DNA of 64,000 bases from Clostridia bacterium (GCA_022801925.1 JAAWTG010000008.1:2619-66618); one strand, 5' to 3'; positions 10,228-19,634 are shown, numbered from the stretch's first letter. The notes: generated by a model not told the origin, from the sequence alone. Translations and numbers: made by a program.

Positions 10228-10275
10228 AACTTTCCCTTATTTTTGCTCATAAGGGCAAAAGTAAGGGAAAGGTAA
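10228..10275 (-). terminator. Long imperfect hairpin (TTTCCCTTA...TAAGGGAAA). It is preceded by an A-tract on the plus strand, so the U-tract sits on the minus strand.
   Basis: About 19-bp stem. AAAAAAAC lies 5' on the plus strand (GTTTTTTT on the minus strand) and there is no U-tract on the plus side. May instead be an attachment-site-proximal structure. Confidence 0.3.
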
Positions 10276-10365
10276 TAGATTAAACGGTATGAACATACCA
10301 AAACCTTAGTATTTATGAGGAACGTTTAAAATCATTAAGATAAATTTGAATTTGTGAGGTGTAAA

Positions 10366-10875
10366 ATGAAGTTTGAACTACTCCCAATGGAAAGCAGCGA
10401 TTTGAAACAATATAAAGCAGACTTGCAGGAAGCATTCCAAAAAGGTTTTGAGGAAAAATTCGGTGAAACGGATAAAACAATACTTCCGGAAAAAGATATT
10501 GACCAATCGCTGAACACCAAAGGTGCAATTGCATATAAAGCGGTCGTTGACGGTGCAATTGTCGGTGGAGCTGTTGTTGTCATAAACGAAAAAACACAGC
10601 ATAATCACCTTGATTTGATTTTTGTGAAATACGGCACACAGAGCAAAGGTATCGGAAAGAAAATATGGTTTGAAATTGAAAAACTGCACCCGGACACGAA
10701 GGTTTGGGGAACGTGTACGCCCTATTTTGAAAAAAGGAACATTCATTTTTATGTCAATGTATGTGGATTTCACATTATCGAATTTTTTAATGAAAAACAC
10801 CCTATGTCAGACATTCCCGAAGATTTTATTGGGGATGGAAATGAGGGAATGTTTGAATTTAGAAAGCAAATGTAA
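10366..10875 (+). CDS. GNAT-family N-acetyltransferase
   Basis: Acetyl-CoA binding core (DLIFVKYGTQSKGIGKKIW). ATG 10366 is preceded by GAGGTG. Confidence 0.6.
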   Translation: MKFELLPMESSDLKQYKADLQEAFQKGFEEKFGETDKTILPEKDIDQSLNTKGAIAYKAVVDGAIVGGAVVVINEKTQHNHLDLIFVKYGTQSKGIGKKIWFEIEKLHPDTKVWGTCTPYFEKRNIHFYVNVCGFHIIEFFNEKHPMSDIPEDFIGDGNEGMFEFRKQM

Positions 10876-10910
10876 TTTGATAAATAGAAATTTGTCAGGG
10901 AGACATATGA

Positions 10911-10943
10911 AGCACTTAGAAAAAATCTAAGTGCTGTTTTTTT
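10911..10943 (+). terminator. Rho-independent terminator (AGCACTTAG-aaaaaat-CTAAGTGCT-GTTTTTTT)
   Basis: Perfect 9-bp stem followed by a 7-U tract. Confidence 0.75.
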
Positions 10944-11015
10944 GCTCTATTCACAGCATTAAGGCAGAAAAGCGGAGATGTTTTCTGCGGAAACAGGGAG
11001 AGTTATCAAAAATGC

Positions 11016-11044
11016 TTGACAAGTATACTTGTCAATGCTATAAT
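11016..11044 (+). promoter_or_regulatory. Consensus sigma-70 promoter TTGACA-N17-TATAAT overlapped by a 20-bp perfect palindrome (TTGACAAGTATACTTGTCAA)
   Basis: Exact hexamers and spacer. The palindrome at 11016-11035 is a likely operator for the downstream XRE regulator. Confidence 0.6.
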
Positions 11045-11091
11045 ACAAAATGTAAAGAAAACTTGTCAAATGTGAATGGGGGGGGTATTTT

Positions 11092-11408
11092 ATGAACAGA
11101 GAAGAAGTTTTAGAAAAAAGCCGTATCGAATGTAACGATGAAGGGTTTTATGATGCGGAAAACCAAGGGAGAAAATTGGGACTTTGGGCTTTTTGTATTA
11201 TGAAAGTCGCAATCATGCATTTAATTGGTGTACGGGGTAACCTAACCATATTCCGCTTGCAATGTTTTGGGCATTTTCTGCCATAGAGTCGTATCCCAAA
11301 TATAAATTTACAGAGAAGAAATCTTTGCTTTGGACTACAATTATAGGAAGCATAGCGGCGGTATGTTCGTTTGCTTGTCATATTATTATGGTGATAGCGG
11401 CAATGTAG
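11092..11408 (+). pseudogene. DUF6442-like small membrane protein gene, apparently split by a frameshift
   Basis: The N-terminal frame (MNREEVLEKSRIECND...) ends at 11286. The remaining hydrophobic C-terminus (...MFWAFSAIESYPKYKFTEKKSLLWTTIIGSIAAVCSFACHIIMVIAAM) continues in another frame to 11408, directly upstream of the partner XRE gene. Confidence 0.4.
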
Positions 11409-11417
11409 AGGTGATTT

Positions 11418-11627
11418 ATGGATAATAAACTAATATTAAGAAACAGATTAAAACAGATAAGGCGTGAAAAGGGGCTTTCGCAATTTCAACTTGCGGAAAT
11501 GGTGGGGGTTTCGAGAAACACAATCTGTTCAATAGAAATAGGGCATTTCAATCCAACGGCAAAATTAGCACTGATTCTTTGTATTGCGTTGGATAAAAAA
11601 TTTGAAGATTTATTCTATTTTGAATAA
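11418..11627 (+). CDS. XRE-family helix-turn-helix transcriptional regulator (69 aa)
   Basis: LKQIRREKGLSQFQLAEMVGVSRNTICSIE. Usual partner of DUF6442-type membrane proteins. Confidence 0.8.
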   Translation: MDNKLILRNRLKQIRREKGLSQFQLAEMVGVSRNTICSIEIGHFNPTAKLALILCIALDKKFEDLFYFE

Positions 11628-11765
11628 GTATATGCTCCCTTGGGGCTAGAGGGGTATAGCAATTTAGGCTTGCTGAAATAGAATATGGAAAGGGCAAAAA
11701 AATTTCTGATAGAATAAATATATATCGGCGGGCAAGATATATAGAAAGCGGAGAAATAGAAGTTT

Positions 11766-12131
11766 ATGAATAAAACAATATTAACGCTGGAAAAGAAATT
11801 TTTCGAGTTACGCTATATAGCGGATCGAGAATGGCTGGACACAATACTACATGATAGGTTTCGCGAATGTGGTAAGTCAGGACAGGTGTTTGATAAAGCA
11901 GAAACAATGGAAAGCCTGCTTTCCTGTCAGACAAACAGAGATATTACAATATATAATTTTGAATGTGAAAGCATACAGGAAAGCGTGTGGCTGGTTCATT
12001 ATATTACGAAAGACGGTCATAAAAAATACTACCGCACTTCTGTTTGGTATAGGGAAACAGGGAACCAAATGAAATTATTGTTTCATCAAGCGACACTCCT
12101 GAATATGGATATCTATTTAAAAGAATGTTGA
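11766..12131 (+). CDS. NTF2/SnoaL-like (DUF4440-like) protein
   Basis: 121-aa protein whose fold-level pattern resembles the NTF2-like superfamily. No catalytic motif recognised. Confidence 0.35.
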   Translation: MNKTILTLEKKFFELRYIADREWLDTILHDRFRECGKSGQVFDKAETMESLLSCQTNRDITIYNFECESIQESVWLVHYITKDGHKKYYRTSVWYRETGNQMKLLFHQATLLNMDIYLKEC

Positions 12132-12253
12132 CAGACATTTGCTATGCGTTACTTATTTACAATATCGGGAGGGCTTACTAATGTGAAGCGTCAAAGATTA
12201 TAAAATGGAAAATTTGATTGCCGAGTCATTCAGTTTGAAAGGAAGATAATAGG

Positions 12254-13201
12254 ATGATTTTAAGTGTCAGTCGCAGAACAGATATTCCGAATTATTATTC
12301 TGAATGGTTTTTGAACAGAATAAAAGAAGGGTATTTATATGTACGCAATCCGGTGAATGTCCATCAAATCAGCAAAATTGTTTTATCTCCGGAGGTGGTG
12401 GATTGTATTGTGTTTTGGACAAAAAATCCGCAGCCGCTGCTATCCAGATTAGATGAACTGGCTGCTTATCCATTTTATTTTCAGTTCACGCTTACAGGAT
12501 TTGGAAATGATATAGAATGTCATGTTCCGCATAAGAAGAAATGTATGATTCCGATTTTTCAGGAATTGTCGCGTAAAATTGGCGCGGAACGAGTGATATG
12601 GCGGTATGACCCCATTATTTTTACGGATAAATATACACCTGCATACCATTTAAAAGCGTTTGAACAAATTGCAAGAGAATTGCGCGGGTACACGTCCAAA
12701 TGTGTGATTAGTTTTGTGGATATTTATGCGAAAAATCAAAAAAACATGAACGCATTACATTTGTTTTTTCTGCCGGAAAACGAATTAATTGCATTTAGCA
12801 AAGAACTTGCATTCATAGCGAACGCCAATGATATAAAAGTTACGACATGCGCAGAATCAGTTGATTTGTCATCTTGTGGAATTGAGCATAATTGCTGCAT
12901 TGATAAAGAATTGATTGAACAAATCATCGGATATAATATTCAGGTGGATAAAGATAAGAATCAGAGAAAAGAATGCGGCTGCATGGAAAGCGTTGATGTT
13001 GGTACATATAATACATGCAAAAACGGATGTCGCTATTGTTATGCAAACAATCGTCAAGAAATTGTTTTTCAAAATTGTAAACAGTATGATGCGGATTCTC
13101 CGATTTTATGCGGAAGCCTGACAGAAAATGATAAAATCACAGAGAGAACCGTAAAATCATTGAAAGAAAAGCAGTCCCAGGTTTGGGATATATTGTTATA
13201 A
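12254..13201 (+). CDS. DUF1848 family protein (C-terminal cysteine cluster, predicted Fe-S)
   Basis: N-terminus SRRTDIPNYYSEWF. C-terminus CGC...C.NGCRYCYAN, as described for DUF1848. Confidence 0.55.
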   Translation: MILSVSRRTDIPNYYSEWFLNRIKEGYLYVRNPVNVHQISKIVLSPEVVDCIVFWTKNPQPLLSRLDELAAYPFYFQFTLTGFGNDIECHVPHKKKCMIPIFQELSRKIGAERVIWRYDPIIFTDKYTPAYHLKAFEQIARELRGYTSKCVISFVDIYAKNQKNMNALHLFFLPENELIAFSKELAFIANANDIKVTTCAESVDLSSCGIEHNCCIDKELIEQIIGYNIQVDKDKNQRKECGCMESVDVGTYNTCKNGCRYCYANNRQEIVFQNCKQYDADSPILCGSLTENDKITERTVKSLKEKQSQVWDILL

Positions 13202-13305
13202 TACAGGACGGAAGGACCGTTCTACAAGTGAAAAATCTGCTATAGTATCGAATTACTTTGGTAGCAATCATTTAAACACAATCGGATTTATGGAGGAGAA
13301 AGCGT

Positions 13306-13815
13306 ATGCATATCAGACAGGAACAACCGGCAGATTATGACAGTGTTTATCAAGTTGTGAAAGAAGCGTTTGCGAGTGCGTGGCACAGTGATGGAACAGA
13401 ACAGGATTTGGTCGTTGCCTTGCGGAAAAGCGATGCGTTTATTCCGGCGTTGTCGCTTGTGGCGGTCGAGGATAATGAAGTGGTTGGACATATTCTTTTT
13501 ACAAGGGCATTTGTCGGAACACAAGAAGTCCTTGCACTTGCGCCGCTTTCCGTAAGACCTGTCTGTCAAAGGAACGGCATAGGACTCGCGCTGATGGAGC
13601 AAGGACACAAAGTAGCGGCAGAATTAGGGTTCCCGTATTCTGTTGTATTGGGACATGCAGCGTATTATCCCAAGGCAGGATATCAACCGGCAAGTCGGTT
13701 TGGGATAAAAGCGCCGTTTGAGGTGCAAGACGAAAATTTTATGGCAATCAAACTTGTTGAAACGAATGAAAATATAGGCGGCATAATAGAATATAACAAG
13801 GCATTTGGTATTTGA
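13306..13815 (+). CDS. GNAT-family N-acetyltransferase (YhbS-like)
   Basis: Motif A region RNGIGLALMEQG. Size and pattern typical of COG3153 acetyltransferases. Confidence 0.75.
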   Translation: MHIRQEQPADYDSVYQVVKEAFASAWHSDGTEQDLVVALRKSDAFIPALSLVAVEDNEVVGHILFTRAFVGTQEVLALAPLSVRPVCQRNGIGLALMEQGHKVAAELGFPYSVVLGHAAYYPKAGYQPASRFGIKAPFEVQDENFMAIKLVETNENIGGIIEYNKAFGI

Positions 13816-13985
13816 GTGAGTGATATTTGCCTTTGACAAGGACACATAAAAAACAGCGATAGGCAGACAGACGTCGGCGCTGTATAAGAGGTCAAAAGCG
13901 TTTTAATGGGTAGTTTTAATCGATACGTGTTCTCAAACGGGTCTGATAAATGTATATAAAAAAATGAAAGTATTTTCAAAAGGGG

Positions 13986-14014
13986 TTGACAAGACGAGAA
14001 ATGAATGATACAAT
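13986..14014 (+). promoter_or_regulatory. Promoter TTGACA-N17-TACAAT for cspA, followed by a roughly 135-nt structured 5' UTR
   Basis: Hexamers at 13986-13991 and 14009-14014. The UTR contains the stem AACTCACATA...TATGTGAGTT followed by Us (14039-14105). Confidence 0.5.
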
Positions 14015-14151
14015 AATATTGTTCTAAATGTACGATTGAAACTCACATATTATTGTAAGTCATTCGAGCGTTTCATGATTTACAACAGTATGTGAGTTTT
14101 TAATTTACAGAAAAGGGCGTAATATTTTATAATCTATAGGAGGTACCAACA

Positions 14152-14364
14152 ATGAATAGTGGTACGGTAAAATGGTTTAACGCAGAAAAAGGGTATGGAT
14201 TCATTTCTAATGATAATGGCGGAGAAGATGTATTTGTTCATTTTTCTTCTATTGTGTCGGAAGGATTCAAAACGCTGAACGAAGGTCAGAAAGTGACCTA
14301 CGATACAGAGCCGGATACCAGAGATGCAAGCAAAATCAGAGCGATTAACGTTTGCCCGGTATAA
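14152..14364 (+). CDS. cspA: Cold-shock protein (CspA family)
   Basis: 70 aa with RNP motifs KGYGFI and VFVHF. Confidence 0.95.
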   Translation: MNSGTVKWFNAEKGYGFISNDNGGEDVFVHFSSIVSEGFKTLNEGQKVTYDTEPDTRDASKIRAINVCPV

Positions 14365-14532
14365 AAAACGCGTTTGTAGGATGATAGAACCCCCCGATAT
14401 GATGGTTATGTGGAAAATCAATGGTTTGACACAAAAAAATCCATCCTGTTGGGGGATTCTTTTATATACAAAAACGAAATCTACAGCGGGGTGGAACAAG
14501 AAACATGAAATGCAATAGAAGAGGTTTTATTT

Positions 14533-14991
14533 ATGGCGGGTATTTTTGACGAAAAGAATATGATACAGGTGTTAGAAAACTGTATTCCGGAAGGAGAAGC
14601 CCTTTTGGCGGGCATACATGGTATTACACTTCAGATAAACAAGAAAAAAACATCAAAGTTTGGCGTATATGTTGGTATCACAGCACAATATTTACTGGTT
14701 GTGGAATGTGAAGAACGAGAATACTTAAACAAATTTTATCGCGTTCCGGACATAAGGAAAACCGTAGCAGAAGAGGTTGGAACCTGTTTCCTGTTGGCAG
14801 ATATTAGGAGTTGTCTCATCAAAAACGCTATTATGGGGGCGGTCAACTGTTCCATCACATTGAAAGACGGCAGCTTTCTTAAACTTTTGTTCCCGAAACG
14901 CGGAGGAATAGGCGGCGGTATGCCGCACCACACAGAATATCGTGAAAAGATTATAACGCGTTTGGAGCGGTTGAGTTGCAGTTACCAATAG
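14533..14991 (+). CDS. Hypothetical protein
   Basis: 152-aa ORF with RBS AAGAGG. No recognisable motif. Confidence 0.35.
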   Translation: MAGIFDEKNMIQVLENCIPEGEALLAGIHGITLQINKKKTSKFGVYVGITAQYLLVVECEEREYLNKFYRVPDIRKTVAEEVGTCFLLADIRSCLIKNAIMGAVNCSITLKDGSFLKLLFPKRGGIGGGMPHHTEYREKIITRLERLSCSYQ

Positions 14992-15315
14992 TTGATGATA
15001 AATCCTATAGATTGATTTGAAATTAAAAAATATCAGAATGAGAGAAAATAAGAGATTATATTGCAAATAAACATTGGAATCGTTATATCGGTGACGAACG
15101 ATAGTTTGAGGTGGTACGCATCTTTGGAGCAAATGTAAAGTGGAAATCACGGATAACAGAACAAGCAATATTACTTGTTCGCTGCTTCAGAAGCGTGCAC
15201 CGTTTGTTGCCGGTGGTGAGTTCGCGGTCATACATATGACTTATATGTCAAGCGGTAAGATAAAACGATAGATGATGGGGCATGAAACAGTTGCGGGTAA
15301 AAGAGGAGGAAAGAA

Positions 15316-15967
15316 TATGACAGATGTGAAAAAGTTTAATGACCAGAGTATTGGAGAGGAAATTGCAAATGCCATTTCGCATGGAATCGGCGCACTGCTT
15401 GCTATTGCCGGCACTGTTGTTATGATAGTCGCGGCGTGTATCTTTAGCGACGCGATGGGGATTGTATGCAGCGCGCTTTATGGCTTTAGTTTGATTGTTC
15501 TCTATCTGATGTCAACGCTATATCATGCAATTACCAACCAAAAAGCAAAAAGGGTGTTTCAAGTGTTTGACCATTGTTCCATTTTTATTTTGATTTTGGG
15601 CAGCTATATTCCGATTTGTCTTTCCCTATTGAGCGGATGGACGGGCTGGACATTGTTTGGTATCAATGCGGGCTGTACGGCGCTTGGTATTGTTTTTAAT
15701 GCCATTAACGTGCATAAATGGCATAAGGCGTCATTGGTATTATATGTATTGATGGGGTGGTCTGTTGTGGTTGCGGCAATCCCTATGCTGCATATGGTGC
15801 CGGTTCAGGGACTGATATTATTGGTTGCGGGCGGCATTAGCTATTCTGTGGGAATTTTGTTCTATCGGGCGAAAAAGCCGCGGTATATGCATTCTATTTG
15901 GCATATGTTTGTATTGGGCGGCAGTGTACTACACTATTTCTTTATTTTGTTTTATATCATTCTATAA
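15316..15967 (+). CDS. Hemolysin-III / PAQR-family membrane protein
   Basis: 7 TM segments; LYHAITNQKAKRVFQVFDHCSIFILI...SYIP and HxxxH-type motifs. ATG 15316 follows AGAGGAGG. Confidence 0.85.
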
Positions 15968-16162
15968 AGAAGTGCATGGATTGAAATAGATTTTGTGCCA
16001 GCATATGTGTGAGCACTATTTGTTGTCAAATCAGAAGCAATATATATGAAGTGATACACGCAGCGAGTGAAAACAAAAATCCGATAGATTGTTTTTCTGA
16101 AGGCTGTCTGTAAGTAGGCAAACAAAAGTCGATTTTCTTATGCCTAAAGGAGGGGAACCCAA

Positions 16163-16201
16163 ATGAAACGATGCATTGCTGTGGCTCTATGCAAAGTCTG
16201 A
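16163..16201 (+). CDS. Candidate 12-aa leader peptide (MKRCIAVALCKV) of an attenuator upstream of the MFS gene
   Basis: Strong RBS AAAGGAGGGG 8 nt upstream. The peptide overlaps one arm of mutually exclusive hairpins (see findings). Confidence 0.3.
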   Translation: MKRCIAVALCKV

Positions 16202-16295
16202 CAGGGCGTTTTGCATAGAGCGGATAAAACAATCATTCGCCCGAAAAGACTTTGCTTTTCTTTTGATAAAAATATAAAAAAGGAGCAAAGTCCAT

Positions 16296-17612
16296 ATGAA
16301 ACAATTAAAAACAACCATTCATGAATTAAAGTATTTTTTACTGCTATGGTCTACCCAGTCGTTTTCCACCTTGGGCAGCGCAATGACCAATTTTGCATTG
16401 GTTGTCTGGGCATATCAGGAAAAAGGGTCAGCGCTGATGGCGGCGTTGTTGTCGGTCTGTTCCTATGCGCCCTATGTGCTGATGAGCATTTTTGCCGGTG
16501 CGCTGAGTGACAGATGGAATAAGAAATATGTCATGCTGGTCAGCGATACATGCGCCGCGGTATGTACGGTTGCAGTGCTGATATTGTTACAGCTTGGCAA
16601 GCTGGAAATTTGGCATTTGTATATACTGAATGCATTGAACGGACTCATGAATACCTTTCAGCAACCTGCGTCCGATGTGGCAGTCAGTTTGCTTACGCCA
16701 CAGCAGCACTATCAAAAAGTCAGCGGTATGCGGACGTTTAGCAACTCACTCAACAGTATTTTAGCGCCTGTTTTTGCAACTGCACTGTTTTCTTTTGCAG
16801 GAATCCAAACGGTGATTGCTTTTGATTTAGCAACATTTGCAGTCGCGGCGGCAATGTTGATGTTTGGCGTTAAAATGCCGCAAATGCAAAAGATAGAGGA
16901 ACACAAAGAGAGGTTGCTGCAAGCTGCCCGAAATGGGCTGCACTATTTAAAAACGCACCGGGGGATTTTGGATTTAATCCTGTTTTTGGCAGCGATTAAT
17001 TTCACAGCGTCTGTCTATTCCGCCGCGCTTCCGGCGCTGCTGCTTTCCGTGCAAGGCGGCGGGAAATATGCCTATGGTATGGTGAACATGGTTTCGGGAA
17101 TTGCCATGCTGGCGGGGAGCGTGCTTGTCACAATGCTTCCGGCGCCTAAAAGTCGCGTGCGGGTGATATGCAACACATTGCTGCTGTCAATGGGGACGGA
17201 AAACTTTTTTCTGGCATTTGGCAAAAGTGTTCCGGCGTGGTGTATCGGTGCAATTTTGGGCTGGATTGCCATTCCACTCATGAACGCAAACATGGATGTA
17301 CTGCTTAGAAGCAGTATCCCGATTACCATGCAAGGACGCGTTTATGCAGCAAGAAATACACTGCAATTTTTTACAATACCGCTGGGATATGCCATAGGCG
17401 GTTTGGCAGTGGATTATTTTTTTGAACCGTTTATGGCAGCACAGCTGCCAACCTCTGTTTTTTCTCACCTGTTTGGGATAGGCAAGGGAAGCGGTGCGGC
17501 GCTGTTGTTCTTCCTTTTGGGGGTGCTGGGCAGTATGACATGCTTGGTGTTCCGAAAAGACAGAAATGTTTGGCGGCTGGAGAGACAGAGCAAAAGCAAT
17601 AGCGGAATATAA
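16296..17612 (+). CDS. MFS transporter, DHA3 (Mef/EntS-like) family
   Basis: 12-14 TM segments. N-terminal region resembles macrolide/enterobactin efflux MFS proteins. Confidence 0.8.
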   Translation: MKQLKTTIHELKYFLLLWSTQSFSTLGSAMTNFALVVWAYQEKGSALMAALLSVCSYAPYVLMSIFAGALSDRWNKKYVMLVSDTCAAVCTVAVLILLQLGKLEIWHLYILNALNGLMNTFQQPASDVAVSLLTPQQHYQKVSGMRTFSNSLNSILAPVFATALFSFAGIQTVIAFDLATFAVAAAMLMFGVKMPQMQKIEEHKERLLQAARNGLHYLKTHRGILDLILFLAAINFTASVYSAALPALLLSVQGGGKYAYGMVNMVSGIAMLAGSVLVTMLPAPKSRVRVICNTLLLSMGTENFFLAFGKSVPAWCIGAILGWIAIPLMNANMDVLLRSSIPITMQGRVYAARNTLQFFTIPLGYAIGGLAVDYFFEPFMAAQLPTSVFSHLFGIGKGSGAALLFFLLGVLGSMTCLVFRKDRNVWRLERQSKSNSGI

Positions 17613-17765
17613 CGTGGAATAAAAAGCAGAACATCAATAAAAAGTTCCGGCAACATCTTTTGTTGCCGGAACTTCTGCATATACAATTCATTATTTCTCT
17701 TTTCGGAAAAGTGTTCTCTTAAATCATTTCTGGCGATATTCCTATGCCGCCCAATACAGATTTTA

Positions 17766-18221
17766 TCAAGAATTATCCATATTGCTTATCATTAACTTCA
17801 TACCAATTTGATTTCCCACTATTTCACCCGTTTCATGGAATCCGATAGATGCATAAAGATTTCGTGCAATCCGATTTGTTGCATAATATGCGGTATATAC
17901 TTCTTTCACGTTGAAACGATTGACTAAATAATCAATACCAAGCCTTACAGCCTGTTTACCATATCCTTTATGCTGATATTTTTCATCAATCATAAGTTTC
18001 CATAAAGTATAGTATCCTTCGGCTTCATAATATCCCAACATAATAAATCCAACCATTGTGTTATTCACATAAACAGCAAAGGGAAAAGCGGTATCATAAT
18101 ATACCCATGCCTGTGCCAACGAATGGACAGTTGATGAAACAAAGTCTTTCTGATTTTCCGCAACATTCAAATGAAGGCATTCTTCATAATTTTCTTTTGT
18201 AATCTCTCTTAACTCAACCAT
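17766..18221 (-). CDS. GNAT-family N-acetyltransferase
   Basis: MVELREITKENYEE...QHKGYGKQAV. The in-frame ATG at 18221 has an RBS; the longer ORF to 18281 is possible. Confidence 0.65.
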   Translation of the reverse strand: MVELREITKENYEECLHLNVAENQKDFVSSTVHSLAQAWVYYDTAFPFAVYVNNTMVGFIMLGYYEAEGYYTLWKLMIDEKYQHKGYGKQAVRLGIDYLVNRFNVKEVYTAYYATNRIARNLYASIGFHETGEIVGNQIGMKLMISNMDNS

Positions 18222-18309
18222 CAAAATACATTCCTTGACTATAAGATATCTTTCATACATATCCGAAAAACAGCTTTTCATGGGTACATAATTTTGAAAA
18301 GGGAGTTCA

Positions 18310-18768
18310 TTATTTGGTAGGCGGCTGCACTTGATTCCGCTTTAAATCTTCGCGGCTGATATGGACTTCTTCCAAAATATCTTTTGCCAAAGCTTCCACT
18401 TTTTCAAGCATACTGTCTGCGTATAAAACAGCGCCTTGACGCATCTGATAATCGTCCTCGCGGATGCTTTGCATTAGTTCTTCGCCTTTTGTGCGCGCCG
18501 CACGTGCAATTTCGTGTTCGTCTATTAAACTAATCACTTGTTCTTTTGCAGATTTGATAATTTCTTCCGCTTCCTTTTCCGCTTCAGAGATAATACGGGC
18601 ACGTTCCTCTTTGACCCATTTCGCCTGTTTTAATTCCTCCGGAAATTTTAGACGAATGTCGCCCGTCAGCCGCAGCAATTCTTCTCTATTGACCAACGCA
18701 TAGGAAAAAACGCTAAAACTTTTTTCTGCCAAATCTTCAATTTCTTCAATTAATTGCAGCATTTCCAT
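18310..18768 (-). CDS. Hypothetical coiled-coil protein (highly charged, E/K-rich)
   Basis: ATG at 18768 follows GGGAGGTGG. The longer ORF would overlap coaD. Confidence 0.45.
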   Translation of the reverse strand: MEMLQLIEEIEDLAEKSFSVFSYALVNREELLRLTGDIRLKFPEELKQAKWVKEERARIISEAEKEAEEIIKSAKEQVISLIDEHEIARAARTKGEELMQSIREDDYQMRQGAVLYADSMLEKVEALAKDILEEVHISREDLKRNQVQPPTK

Positions 18769-18838
18769 CTGAAACGTCCACCTCCCAATAAAAATAGAAC
18801 CTCTATCTATACGCTGCCCGAACCTTCGGACAAAACGG

Positions 18839-19330
18839 TTATGGATGATAAATCTTCCGGCGGATTTCATCTTCCAGCAACTCCGGCACCAGTCCTTCCA
18901 GACTGCCGTTATAGCTGGCGAGTTCCCGCACGATACTCGAACTGAGGAAAGAATATTTGTCGCTTGTCACCATGAACAATGTTTCAATGTCAGGCGCAAG
19001 TTTTTTATTCATCAACGCCATTTGAAATTCATATTCAAAATCGGACATGGCGCGCAATCCTTTTACAATAATACCTGCCTGTTTGTGATGCAGATAATCC
19101 ACAAGCAGTCCGTCAAAGGTATCAATTTCCACTTGCGGATATGCGGCAGTGACACGGCGAAGCATGTCCATACGTTCCTCTACGGTAAAAGTAGGCTGCT
19201 TTGCACTGTTGCGCAGCACTGCCACCACCAATTTGTCAAATTTATCCGCCGCACGGATAATAATGTCCAAATGACCGTTGGTAACAGGGTCAAAACTCCC
19301 AGGGTATACGGCAATACGCAACTGTATCAA
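18839..19330 (-). CDS. coaD: Phosphopantetheine adenylyltransferase
   Basis: [17 protein letters not shown]...[19 protein letters not shown]. 163 aa. Confidence 0.95.
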   Translation of the reverse strand: MIQLRIAVYPGSFDPVTNGHLDIIIRAADKFDKLVVAVLRNSAKQPTFTVEERMDMLRRVTAAYPQVEIDTFDGLLVDYLHHKQAGIIVKGLRAMSDFEYEFQMALMNKKLAPDIETLFMVTSDKYSFLSSSIVRELASYNGSLEGLVPELLEDEIRRKIYHP

Positions 19331-19634
19331 CTCTTTCTGTCAAATTTGAGTTCGCCTATTTTATGATCGTCTTTCTAAAATGCAGACCAATCATATCATA
19401 TTCTATCTTATTATACACGAAATGTCAGCAAGAATCAATAGTTTTGCAGGAAAAAAAAGCGTTCGACACACAATTGTAATATTTCAGTTTTGTTGATTTG
19501 TAAAAAACGTTAAAAAAAGCGGAAAAATACAGAAAAATTCAGTAAATTTTCATCTTGTAAAACTTGTCTAATATATTGTATACTAAAATAAGTATATGTT
19601 TTTACAGAAAAACAATTCAAAGGAAGTGTATTCA

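Larger units (their letters stand above)
7042..10275. mobile_element. Remnant integrative mobilizable element (MobC - Xis - XRE regulator - tyrosine integrase). No relaxase or conjugation genes.
   Basis: Int/Xis pair, MobC, AT-rich inverted-repeat region. Lower GC than the flanking genes. Lies directly against the phoR stop codon. Confidence 0.6.

Noticed and set aside
11092-11286. Stand-alone 64-aa protein
   Set aside because: Its C-terminal tail looks out of frame. The adjacent frame continues the expected hydrophobic C-terminus up to the XRE gene. Called as one frameshifted gene rather than an intact small protein.
18769-18870. Longer start (18870) for the coiled-coil protein downstream of coaD
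   Set aside because: Would overlap coaD by 32 nt and lacks an RBS. An internal ATG at 18768 has GGGAGGTGG at proper spacing.
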